The notes beneath the pieces are model-generated. The model searched no databases. It had not been told where the DNA came from and saw nothing but the letters and a program-made list of their open reading frames with translations. DNA of 60,000 nucleotides from Amphiscolops sp. MND2022 (taxonomy: Eukaryota). Both the position numbers and the translations under genes were made by a program. The stretch is from positions 35,528,001 to 35,588,000 of the forward strand of contig OZ076409.1 in assembly GCA_964187785.1 (NCBI GenBank). Direction: 5' to 3'. Positions 36,393 to 47,075 of this stretch are shown piece by piece. The number at the start of each line of letters is the position of its first letter. Position 1 is the stretch's first letter.

Positions 36393-39300
36393 TTAAAAAT
36401 ATTCTACTCCACCTAGTTTCACTACTCTTCGTACTGATTTTATTCTTTCGGATCTAGGCGGTTCAGGTTCTAATTTCAATTGATTTTTTCCAAAGTAAGA
36501 GTTTTGTTCCACCCTAATTTTACCTGTTATCCCGTCTCCTGGTTCGGCGATTTCGATTCCAGTATCAAGCGTTGTTTGGCGGTGTATCGGTGTGCCCTGA
36601 ACGTCCGGTTGTGGTGGAGTGCTGGCCCGTCCTGTGCTACATCCGACTTGTGTTGGTGCCGGTGTCTGCTCCCGCAATCTTTCAATTTCCCGTCCGATCT
36701 CGGCTCTGAGGTCTGTCTCCTCCGGATCTTCTTCTTCTCTGTCGGAGTTGGGGTTATCTTCTCCCGAGCTGGGGTCGGCGGTGTTGGATTCTTTGCTGGA
36801 TGAATCGTAAGTGATTATCCGCTTGTACTTCTTCTTTGCGGGCATTGTCGGGAAGTTGCGGCTGGTGCTAGGTCCTTCCTCGGCGTCATTGTTATTTCTG
36901 TCTAGTTGTCGGTGTGCTTCGCAGTATTTGTCGCTACTGAATTTTCCGCACCTTTTGCAGCGGGTAATGGCCTTCTTCGGTTCGTCTGGTTTCCTTTGGG
37001 TCTGAAATTTTAAAGGTTTAGAGGCGAGTTTTTTGTGTATTATCCTCCCATCAGAGGTAGTGACAGTGTGATCGGTTTCTTTTGCTGCCGTTAAAATTTT
37101 ATCTGTTTTAAAACCACATTTCATTGAATTGGGTCTGTTTTCTTTTTCTAAAAATTGATATTTTTTGAATTTCCGGCTTACCGAACGGCTTCTTTTTCGA
37201 GTATCGTTGAGCACCAGGTAGTCGGCCATTTCCCCTTCAGCATCGTTGATGGTGACTACTTGTAACTCTGTTGGTTGTGCTAAAATATAATTAGTCAGCG
37301 TTTTCTTCCAATTGGATAGCAGACATTCAGGTTTACCGATTATGTTGATAAGTGCAGTTCGTGGTTTTCTGCCTAAGTGCATTTGAAAAAGCGTCATGTT
37401 TAGTCTACTGTGTGGAGTCTGTCTGATTGTTTTGATTGCTAATTGGATGCTGTCTTCAAATTTTAATCCATCGGCCATATTCGCTCTAGTTGATGACTTA
37501 ATTGTCCGTATCATACGCTCGACTAGACCAGTGCCGGTATGTAGGTTCGGAGTGCATCTTATACGTTTTATGTTTTCATCCGTACAAAATTTTTTGAATT
37601 CGCTGCTTTTGAAGCAGCTGCCGTTATCGGTTCTAATGCACTGTGGTGTCCCGTTGTTTGTGAAATACTCGGTTAAAAATTTTAAAACGGTCCGAGTATC
37701 CGCACTTTTACATACTTTTGCGGTGGGCCACTTGCTAAAACGGTCTACTGCTACTAAAATGTAAACATCACCGCGTGATTTTGATTTAATTGGACCGGCG
37801 AAATCCAATTGAATCTCCTGATTCGGTTCGGTTAAAATTTCTAAATTATATTTTTCAGTTGACGGAATTTGTGTAACGATGTTCTTACCTGCAGCTCTAC
37901 ACCTCGGGCATGTTTCCGCTTTTTCGTGTACATCTTGGTTCAGGCCCGGCCACCAGAAGGCTTCTGCGAGTTGTTCCATTTTGTTTTTGGAGACATGGCC
38001 GTGGTGCAGCATAGCAATGGTTGTCGACCGCATGTTTTCCGGTATGACGATTCTGTCGTTATAAAATAGCAGTCCGAATCTGGTTGATAGATGTAGGCGG
38101 TGGGGGCGGTATGGATAGAATATGCTCTCCAGTTGTTGCTGTTCAATTGCGGCAATTGTATTTAGGATTTTGATATCGCGTGCTGTCTCCTCCACCAGTA
38201 GAGGCAGGTCCAATGCGAAATCCTTCTCTGCTTTCTTTAGTACGTCAGCGGTCTTCTCATTTTGTTCTGGCTCTAGCGTGTTCAGTTTGGCCGTCTGCTT
38301 CAGTCTAATGAGATTGACCGTTTCGTGTTTCTTGAACCGTCTCAATGCGTTGGTGGGGCATTTGTCTTGCTTTGTCCGGCTCGTCTGGCTTTCTCCATCG
38401 GACTGATTGCTGTTGGTCCAGGATTCATTGTTGTTCTGTTGAAATTCTTGTAAAGGGGTCGTGTTTAATGTTTCGCAATAGTGGAAGAAACGGTTATAAA
38501 TTTCAATGTTTAATTCCGCAATCCGGAGTTTTGTCCGGTTTCAGGATATGGTTTCTTTCGATCCATAAACGCTTCGTTTCTGGTGAATGGCCTCTCTTTT
38601 TGAAATTATAAAATCATTATCAATTCCGTTGACCTTGTCCATTTTATTGCTTGGCGACGGTAAGGTTTTGAATGAATTTGGAATGCTGCTGTTTGGTAAC
38701 GGTGAGGCTTTAAGCAAGTGAGTATTTTGGTTCCGTTCGCGTGTGTTAGAGCCGCGTTGTGATTGGTTGAATTTTTCTGTCGTATCGTTTCGTTCAGTGA
38801 ATCGTTTTATGCTGCCGCGTTTTTGGTTGAATTCTAATAAGCCGTATATTTGATTAATGACGAACTCTTCGGCTTCCGCTTCGGTTAGTCCGTCCGCTTT
38901 GTTTTCTAGTTCGGCGATCTCGCATGGTATAATCGGATGACGGCTCAAATAGTCCGTCAGCGGAATGTTTTTACAGGCCGTGTATTGAACATTAACATCA
39001 AAATGGCTCAATCTATCCAGCCAACGTGTTAATCGTGCGCTGTATTGCTTATGAGCTCGGTTCTTTTTCAATAGCGGTTGTAACGCCTGGTGATCTGTTA
39101 GCAAATTTACTCTTTTTCCATACACAAAAAACCTGAAGTATTCTAAACCCCACAGAACCCCTGGTAATTCTAGTTCATTAATTGCGTATTTCTTTTCACA
39201 ATCAGTTAAAAATCTACTTGCAAATGCTACAAGTCTAAAAGTTTCACCTTCTTTCTGCCATAGTGTTGCGCCCAATCCGGTATTGCACGCATCTGTGGTG

Positions 39301-41694
39301 ATGTAGTTTTCCTTCTGTGGGTCGAAGTGTGCTAGGCATGGGGCCTCTGTGATCTCTTTCTTCAGCTTTTCAAAGTCTTCGTCTATCTCGGGTGTCCACT
39401 CCCATTTGGTATCCTTTCCCAAGAGTTTTCTCATTTTGTCGGTTTTCTTCGATAGATTGTTGATACACTTTGATAAATGTTGTATTGATCCCAGGAATGA
39501 TTTCAGTTCTTTCACGTTCTTCGGGGCTTCTAATTTAGTTATTGCTTCCGTTTTGTCCTTGATTGGTTTAACGCCGTTTTGGTTGATATAGTAGCCGAGC
39601 CAGGTTAATTCCTTTCTGAATAATTCTGTTTTCTTTTCACTTGCCCGATAACCAGCGTCTTGCAGTTTTGACAAAACTTCTCGCAATTCTTTTTCATGAT
39701 CTTCGATATCGCCGTTAGTCACGCATATTATGTCGTCTAGCCAGACCGGTGTTTTGAATTCCAACACGGAGTCGATGTGCTCTTGGAATACCGTAGGGAT
39801 GTCGGATAAGCCGTAGAAGCCTTTCTTGAACCGGTAGTGTCCGGTGAATTCTCCCCCAATGATGGAGAATACGCAGTGTCTTGCGGCTTCTTTCGACAAT
39901 TTCGCTTGTCCGTATGCATAATCCAGATCGATTTTGGACATCCAAATATCCCCATTTCCTTTGGTAATTTTTGCGGAGATTTTGCTAATCAATTCTTCCA
40001 TGTTCGGCATTGCAGCTTTTCTTTTTATACATGCGTCGTTCAGTTTTCGGGAATCCAGAGCTATTTTGACTGATTAGTCCTTTTTGAAGGTGATAACTGC
40101 GGGTGATACAAAACAATTTTCAGTTGTTCTGTCAGCCTTTTCCAGATGTCCTTTGTCCATTAGTTTTTCTAACTCTTCACGAACAATTTTTTGGAAATGG
40201 ATAGGGACCGGCCGTCCCTTTTGCTGGATTGGCTTGACGTCTTTTTTCAACTGAATGTTAATGGTAAGGTCTTTGATAGTGTGGTTGTTTTTGAATAGAT
40301 CTTCGTATTCGTTGAGGATTCTTTTTCTTCTTTCGTCTTCTGTCACATGACGAATCACATTTGTTTTCTTGCTGCCTTGTAATCCAATTTCCAATTTATC
40401 AAGCCAGTCCAAGCCCAATAATGGTTGAGTATTTTTATTTTCTGTTATTAGGATTGGTAATATCTCTCTCCTTTTTTTCTGTTTTCACTTCAACCATGGC
40501 TTCCCCCTTGAATTTTATTGGATTCTTGTTTACGTCCACAAATAATTTTGGCGTTTTTTTCACTTCGGTCAAATCAATAATTGGCGGAATAATTGTCACT
40601 GGAGAGCCGGTAACAAAAATGAATTCTATTGGCTGGCCGTGGACCAATAGGATAGTTTTGTAGAAGTCTACTCGGTTAATACCGTTCACGGATTGAATGT
40701 GGTCCACTTCCGGCCATGATTCGGTGTTACTGTCCGATGAAACCACTTCGGCTATCCGGCTTACGGTCTTGGATTTGCAAACCTTGGCAAAGTGTCCCAT
40801 CTTTTTGCAATTGTTGCATTGTGCTCTCCGTGCCGGGCAAATGTGTTCCATGGACCAGTTTGGCTTTCCGCAGAAGCGACAGTTTTTGTTCGTTAATTTC
40901 TTTTTGTCGTTAAATTGTGTCCTCCGGTTCCGTGATTGGTTCGTATGTCCGATTAGTTCGGTGCTTGTTGAACTACTTGTGGAATCTTTTTTGGCTTTTT
41001 TGGTTTTGGGTTTTTTTATCACCGTACTTTCTGTTGTAATTGTCGAGCTCTATGGTCTCTAATACCAATTGTATTTTCAGAGGGCCCTTTATGAATTTGT
41101 CCCGGGCTCGTTTATCTTTAATTGTGGCTGCAAATTTGTACGTGATGATTTCTTCTGCCGTTATGTTCCCAAAGTCACACTTTCTCTCGATGTCCACGAG
41201 CCTCTTCCAATATTCATCTAAAGTCTCGTTATCGTCTTGCTTCATATTGAAAAATTGGGCCCTGCTGTGGAAGACGTTTCTTACCGGGAGAAATGTTTTT
41301 TTGATTAGTGTCAATAATTCTGGCAGATTGACATCTTTCATTTCTCGACCCCATTGTCCTCTCATGATTTCACGTTTGGCTTTTGGGCCTAGAGCCCAGA
41401 TAACGTCACCTTTTATGTGGTATACCGTGTGAGGGTCCATGTATTCTACTCCTTCATCGGTAATTTCGTCCAAGTTTCGGTTGTAGGTCAAATGAATGTA
41501 TTCCGAAATTTGTTCCCACCACATCTTTGGGTTGGCTTTGGTAAGATCGGTCTCTCTATCAGACAAAATGGGAATCTTGCACTTGCTTTTTCCACTCTTT
41601 CTGACAACGTTTGGTTGTTGGTTGTCCGTGTTGTCTGTTCCGAAGACATCGGTCTGTCCTCCGTGGAATTGAGGTCAGTATTGTTGTTATCCAT
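36393..41694 (-). pseudogene. Disrupted gag-pol polyprotein of the Gypsy element
   Basis: Knuckles CRFC..H.C and CNNCKKMGHFAKVC; protease site FVTGS; RT KIDLDYAYGQ, FYGL, WLDD; RNase H TDAC..GLGA, E.KYAINELE, TDHQAL; integrase HHGH..CPRC, LDFAGP, TDNGS, VERMIR. Split by frameshifts (~41560, ~41015, ~40470, ~38600-38400) and a stop at 40074-40076. Confidence 0.92.
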
Positions 41695-41729
41695 TGTTTT
41701 TCTTTTTGTTCAAGATGCTGACTGCGCCA

Positions 41730-41926
41730 TGTAATAACTTGGAGAAACAAGAGGATAAATACAGTGAATTAAAAAGCAAGAGTGTGAGTGCCAAAGCAAA
41801 TCTGAATTGTAACTGATATTTCAGTGTCTTTTCATATATGCATTAACATTACATGACATCATAAAAGTGGCAGGTAGTTCAATGTTCATTTTAATTGTAT
41901 TGTTCGTTTTGCCATTTCATGCCACA
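41730..41926 (-). repeat. Gypsy 5' LTR
   Basis: 197 bp, TG...CA; followed on the minus strand by PBS TGGCGCAGTC (41729-41720), resembling tRNA-Ser-type primer sites. Confidence 0.95.
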
Positions 41927-42233
41927 CCTTATCAGTCCCACAGGACTATAAAATAACCAGGGGAGTCATATTTTACACGGAAAAAGGTTTTGCTCAACAA
42001 AAAACGTTTTCGGAAAGCTGCACAGTGCCAAAAATCCCTAAGGGGCCTCTCTGCTCGCAAAGCGTTTTGTTTCAGCTGCAAATCAAAAAGTACCGTCGGT
42101 TAAAAAAAGTCAGAAACAAAGTCGCGCAGTGCCAACGAAAACCCAAAGGGTGACGCACAAACACATCTTGCATAATTTTGTATTCATTATTATCTAGTGT
42201 TGCGATTGATAAAACAAGAAAAGATGTTTTCAT

Positions 42234-42610
42234 GGGAGCATGGTTTAGTGGCTAGAGCATTCGGCTTGTATTAGGGCGGTATCAGGTTCGAGTCTCTCTC
42301 AACTCACCATTGTTGGGCCTTAAGGAAGTCCTTCATCCCTAGCTTAGTGGTATGGCCAGTGACAAAAAATAATGCATAAAGAAAAGCAGAAACAAAAAGA
42401 GCAACGGTGAGCAGTCAGACCTTTGTGACCTTGAGCAAGTCACTTTGAAACCACAGATTCAAATCCACCATTACTTGACCACTTGGCTGCAATGATGGTA
42501 CCATGGCCTGCTAAGGGGAGATAGTATCCGAAAAGGGTGCCGACTTAGAAAAGCAGAACTGCTTATTCGGCTTAACACCCCGCGGAATTGGGGAAATTAA
42601 CTTCTTCTTC
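42234..42610 (+). mobile_element. tRNA-derived SINE with CORE-like motif
   Basis: A box TGGTTTAGTGG (42241-42251), B box GGTTCGAGTC (42285-42294), TGTGACCTTGAGCAAGTCACTT (42424-42445) resembling the CORE-SINE central motif, (CTT)n tail at ~42601-42610. Confidence 0.7.
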
Positions 42611-42893
42611 AGTCCGATTAAAGTCTTCACGGATTAGAAATTTTGTGTTCATTTCCTATCATTGACTGTTGAAGCGATCCAACCAGTGGAATGATGTAGC
42701 AAATATTCTCCGTTGGCATCTGCTGTTTCCGTAGAAACAAGATTTTTTCCGAAAATTTTTGTAAATCTGCTCGACAAAATTTTCTATTAAAAATCTTTAT
42801 ACAAAACGAGCGTATACCAGCTTTTTTTGTTTCTAAATCCATCCACAAATTACGACTCCGTTGAAACAAAAAGTGTACAATAATCACTCTCAC

Positions 42894-43034
42894 CTTTGCA
42901 TCGTCGCTGTTTTGAATGAGTTCTTTTGGAATTGAGAGGCCATCGGGGTAGTCTTTGAGCAGATTGCGTATTCTGCTCGTGAACTCCTCGAACTGGCCAT
43001 ATCTCTCCCCCAACTTCGTGAACGAATTCATCAT
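42894..43034 (-). CDS. SACS: Sacsin-like gene, first identifiable coding exon
   Basis: MMNSFTKLGERYGQFEEFTSRIRNLLKDYPDGLSIPKELIQNSDDAK matches the sacsin repeat start (xGQxExLTxRI..IL..Y....I.KELIQNADDA); donor AAG|GTGAGA, phase 0; AAAAATG start context. An upstream exon cannot be excluded. Confidence 0.88.
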
Positions 43035-43318
43035 TTTTGGGAGTCTGAACAAGAATAGACGTGAACAAACTAGACTAGGCAAGCCATTACAGAACGGCAA
43101 GTCGAAACATTACAAAACGTTTTTGGCATGTTCCGTAGTTTGAATACAAACCATTGCTATCAGTGATGCACTTTTTCACTCATGTTTTGAATTCAATTGA
43201 AACTTTGCTTTGAAAATCGATTGACCAAATTAATGGTTCAAAACACCACAGCAAAATTTCACAAAAGAATTTGTTTCGAGGAATTCAAAACGGCCGCGTC
43301 GCTTGTTCTTTAGCAAAA

Positions 43319-43598
43319 GACAGGAGCTAAGAGTTTTATATAATTTTGATGACAAATGGCACGGTGGTGACAAAAACGTAAAAAGTCATGTATTGTGAAC
43401 GATTGAATAATTCTCTATCGATTAGAAATCCCTTACTTCTAAAATTATAACCATTGCCCAACTTTTTAAGACACCAACGGATAGATTTTTAACCAATTAA
43501 CGACCAGTAAAATAAGCTGCATTTTACTTTTAGAAAAGACTCTTTACGTTTTTGTCACCCCCGTGCCATTTGTTATCAAAATTTCATTCTCTCCTGTC
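43319..43598. mobile_element. Small foldback/MITE just upstream of the sacsin-like gene
   Basis: ~46-bp inverted repeat AATTTTGATGACAAATGGCACGGTGGTGACAAAAACGTAAAAAGTC (from 43342) / GACTCTTTACG...TTATCAAAATT (to 43583), plus outer GACAGGAG / CTCCTGTC; TSD not resolved. Confidence 0.7.
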
Positions 43599-44079
43599 AT
43601 TCGCTGAACGGTCATTAGTGCACAACGTTACAGCAAAAACTTTGCAAATTTTATAACTACAGAAAAAAATATACACGAAGCATGCGGCTCAGTACAAAAT
43701 TTTCCGAACGCAGTACAATTTTTCGATAGCTGGGCGGAAGATGAAACTCGCTCAGGTGCACAGGAGCATTAACCACTACTTTAAACAGAAGCCAAAAATC
43801 AAAAGAATTGAACAGAAAGACCTTATCATGCGAAACATTCGGAAAACTTGCTTGTTATCACAACCCGACAGATAATTTCCCTTCCCAGAGAAATCTGGCA
43901 GAAGATCAGATTTAGACTGGCAATACTGTGGTATTGTCAAATAACGAAGAGATCGAAAGTTATTCAATTGAGAAATGAAGAAGTGATTTCACAAAAAAAC
44001 TACAGTGAAACAGACTGCTTGTCGGATGTGAATGAATTAGGTGATTGGGAAACTAAAACAACTTTTTATAGAAAGTATC

Positions 44080-44706
44080 AACAAGCAGGGACCGGCCCAA
44101 GTCGGCGCCATATCCAAGGCTCAAAAATAGCAAAAAGACTTCCAAGTATCAAGTATTCTCTTTTACAGTACTCAAAAATCAAAAATTTTTCGAAAATTTT
44201 TCTCGAAATTACATACTCAAAAAATTGGACCGAGTGGCGCGCTAAAGTTTCACAATGCCGAAAAACTGAAAGGGAGGACCCTTTGGGGTTTTTCAACATC
44301 CATTCTGTCGCAAAACATCAAAAATTGAAAGGGGGAAAAATTTTCATTTTCGGAAAAAAATCTCACAGTGCCGAAAAAACTCTAAAGGGACCCTTTGGGA
44401 TTTTCCAACATCCATTCTGACGCATAACAGCAAAAAAATTGAAGGGGGGACCATTTGGGGAAAAACTTTTTTCGAAAAAAAGTCTTGCAGTGCCGAAAAA
44501 AATGAAAGTTTGGTCTCGCCCGGTATGGTATGTTACGCGGAAAAACAGGAAAAACCTTTTTGGTTCAGTTCGCTAGGCCAAATAGTGCAATTTTGTGCAA
44601 TAATATATTTTAGAACTTTAAAGAACTATTTTGGTAAGTTCGTGTGGATAGAAAAAAAGAGTCACTATAATAGTCGCGTTTCACTTTATGAAGCGCCGAC
44701 TAAAAA
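44080..44706 (-). mobile_element. HINE/DINE-1-like element, family A
   Basis: AACAAGCAGGGACCGGCCCAAGTCGGCGCC start, GGACCCTTTGG / CAGTGCCGAAAAA repeats, GCGCCGACTAAAAA end. Confidence 0.8.
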
Positions 44707-44948
44707 CCGGTCGAATGGCAAATTTCGGAGAATCATTGGGACATCAGACAAATAATCTGAGGTCAGATGTGGTAAACTTATTTTTAAGATGACGCAATTA
44801 CTATGAATATACACTGCATGACTTCAAAATTAAAACAAACATTCGCACCCAGGGCTGGCTCGGAGCAAAACGGAGAATTACTCGGTGTAATTCTCGGGCA
44901 TTTAATGTTTTTTACTCGCTAAATTAGTGGTTAAATACTCAGTCATAT

Positions 44949-45414
44949 CAGAGGTGTAAAAATTTATATTGTATTGCAATATATTGCAATTGAATACAAT
45001 AAATATATTTATTTAGTTGGAGCAAAAATACAATATATTTATTGAAATAAGGCAAATATTGTCAGAGCTCTACAATATATTGCGCAAAAAATTATTGCAG
45101 AATAGAAATAAAATTTCATTTAATATGCATTTGAAACGGACTATAGAAGTGAACGACTAATAAGGGAGAAATTCATTCAGCTTTTCGCTTCCTATTAATT
45201 TCGAGAAGATAGTCTTTCTTTATACAAATAAACAACATTGAGATGTTTGCCGTGTAAATGAATGTTTCTCTGCCCAATAAAGTATTTCACAATCTATTGT
45301 TTTTCCAAAGCATTGCAGGACAATAAAGACAATTTATTTATTGCTGAAATTGACTCAAACAATGTGATTATTTTTTTGAAAAAAAATATTTAAATACAAT
45401 ATTTCACACCCCTG
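44949..45414. mobile_element. hAT-like MITE nested in 44850-46580
   Basis: TIR CAGAGGTGTAAAA / TTTCACACCCCTG; TATTGCAATA motifs shared with 59155-59649; TSD degenerate. Confidence 0.6.
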
Positions 45415-45610
45415 AGTGTTACTAGGAAAAAAGTGATTCCAAATTCTTGTTGCATTGACATAAAGGAACGACAGTTCACGAATTGAGTCATTGCTTAAAG
45501 CCTGGTGCTCTTCAGTGAAGAGTATATTGTAGTACGAGAAAACTTATCTTATTCCACCATTCAAAATCTCAGATTACTTCACAAACAGTCATTTTACGCA
45601 ATATTATAGT

Positions 45611-46408
45611 CAGGCTTAGGATTTTTGTGTACTAACATATTAACACGTGTTTTAACACATTAGGCGTGAATTAGCACATTTCTGAGAAATAAAACTTTTA
45701 ACAACCTATTCAGCCGGCTGAATTAGCACATTTCTGAGAAATAAAGTTTTAACAACACATTCAGCCGGGTAGCATATTTGAGGCCCGAAAAATTGAGGCC
45801 CGAAGCTGTTGTAATTTGAGGCCCGATCAATATGTATTTAACTTGATTTATTTGAAGAGGTTAGCATATTTGTTGTATGGCTCGGTCGCTTCGCTCCCTT
45901 CGCCAAGTAACAACATTGAGGCATGGCCATATGGCACGTCGCTCCGCTTCGCTTCGCTCCTGCATTTAGGGCACTAGGGGTATGTGAATATAGCTGACTA
46001 CGTTATCGTAATTAGTTCGCCGTTGTGTATCACACGCAATATTTCGGGCCTCAGATAACATTTCATTATCGGGCCTCAGTTTTTGGGCCTAAATAAACGT
46101 TCCCATTCAGCCGGCTGTACGTTACCAAATCTGAGAAATACGAATTCACTAACTTGGCATCTTGTCATTATGTGGAATCACTCAGTTGATGCTAACAAAA
46201 GTGACTGATGAAATTTCTCTTTGCAAAATCTTTGTATTTTGTTACTGAAAAATTTATTTTTTTTTGAGAAAAAATTGTCTTTTTCGACGAGATATAGTTG
46301 TTTTTTTTAAACACATTTTGCTAATTTTTGTAACACATTTGGCCTATTGTTTCAACACATTCATTAACATATTTGCACTATTTTTTTAACACAAAAATCC
46401 TAAGCCTG
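45611..46408. mobile_element. hAT-type MITE nested in 44850-46580
   Basis: Perfect 20-bp TIR CAGGCTTAGGATTTTTGTGT; perfect 8-bp TSD ATTATAGT (45603-45610, 46409-46416); subterminal TAACAC repeats. Confidence 0.9.
45767..46104. mobile_element. Merlin-type MITE nested in 45611-46408
   Basis: 8-bp TSD ATTCAGCC (45759-45766, 46105-46112); GGG...CCC termini; TGAGGCCCGA repeats inverted at the two ends. Confidence 0.8.
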
Positions 46409-46954
46409 ATTATAGTTCAGCTGTGAAATGTGTTCACATATGCGGCGTGTTTAAAACACTCTATTTTCATTTGTTTCTTGTATTACTCGCTAGATTACTC
46501 GGATTTACTCGGGAAATGCTGATTGGCTAATTACGCGGAAAAGACGCGAAGTTACTCGCCGAGTAAAAGTGCCACCCATGTTCGCACCTAACAATATCCC
46601 GGATCTGCATAACATCGTATAACAAGCACCATCAAACGCGTATGTTCACGTTCATAACATTATGCGGTGTAGTTTCTTGCACAATTCTCGTTTCTATGTA
46701 AAGCCAACACAGTACCGCATAGCGTCATTGCACTCATCGTACATTATTCCTATTTTCCGGCACCCTAGTTTGCCCATACAGGCAATATGCTATGGAAGAG
46801 TTGCATGTGATCTTGTAAGATAAAATGTAATTTCTCATTGAAATTTCAAGAACAAAATATGACAATGGGGATGGACTAGGAGTTTCACGTTACTCCAGTT
46901 AGTATAATCAAATTACGTTCTAGTTCAAGGTAATGTTTCAAAGACCTTCAACTT

Positions 46955-47075
46955 GTTCTTGTCACAGCTTTCCCATCTGCGTACCTCAGTGGTGCATTAC
47001 GGGGGAACCACTCGGCTGTGGGGCTGTGACAAATAAAAAACAGAATTTTTACGACTATTTTGCAGTTTGAGTGAA
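46955..47075 (+). repeat. Interspersed repeat end with TTGTCACAGC...GCTGTGACAA inverted repeat
   Basis: Homologous to 10523-10645 (minus strand). Confidence 0.65.

Larger units (their letters stand above)
36065..41926 (-). mobile_element. Full-length Ty3/Gypsy LTR retrotransposon, Mag-like, in intron 1
   Basis: Two 197-bp LTRs (TG...CA), PBS TGGCGCAGTC next to the 5' LTR, PPT AAGAAGGGGAA next to the 3' LTR, 5-bp TSD CCTCA/CCTTA, order gag-PR-RT-RH-IN, two zinc knuckles. Confidence 0.95.
35705..42160 (-). mobile_element. Diverged HINE-like family A element interrupted by the Gypsy insertion
   Basis: AAGCAGCCAGGAACGG...AGTCGGC...GGCTCAAAA start at ~35705; AAAGTCGCACA / CAGTGCC repeats occur on both sides of the Gypsy (35925-36025 and 42015-42135). 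Confidence 0.55.
44850..46580. mobile_element. hAT-type non-autonomous element (outer member of a nest)
   Basis: Perfect 8-bp TSD TTCGCACC (44842-44849, 46581-46588); imperfect TIR CAGGGCTGGC / GCCACCCATG; subterminal TTACTCG repeats at both ends. Confidence 0.8.

Noticed and set aside
42234..42310. Genuine tRNA gene
   Set aside because: A and B boxes are present but I cannot form an acceptor stem or full cloverleaf, and there is no T-run terminator; it continues into SINE-like body and tail.
43848..44420. 190-aa ORF and similar K/F/G/P-rich ORFs at 2031-2478, 5046-5514 and 51021-51608
   Set aside because: They run through the internal repeats of HINE family A elements and are chance open frames.
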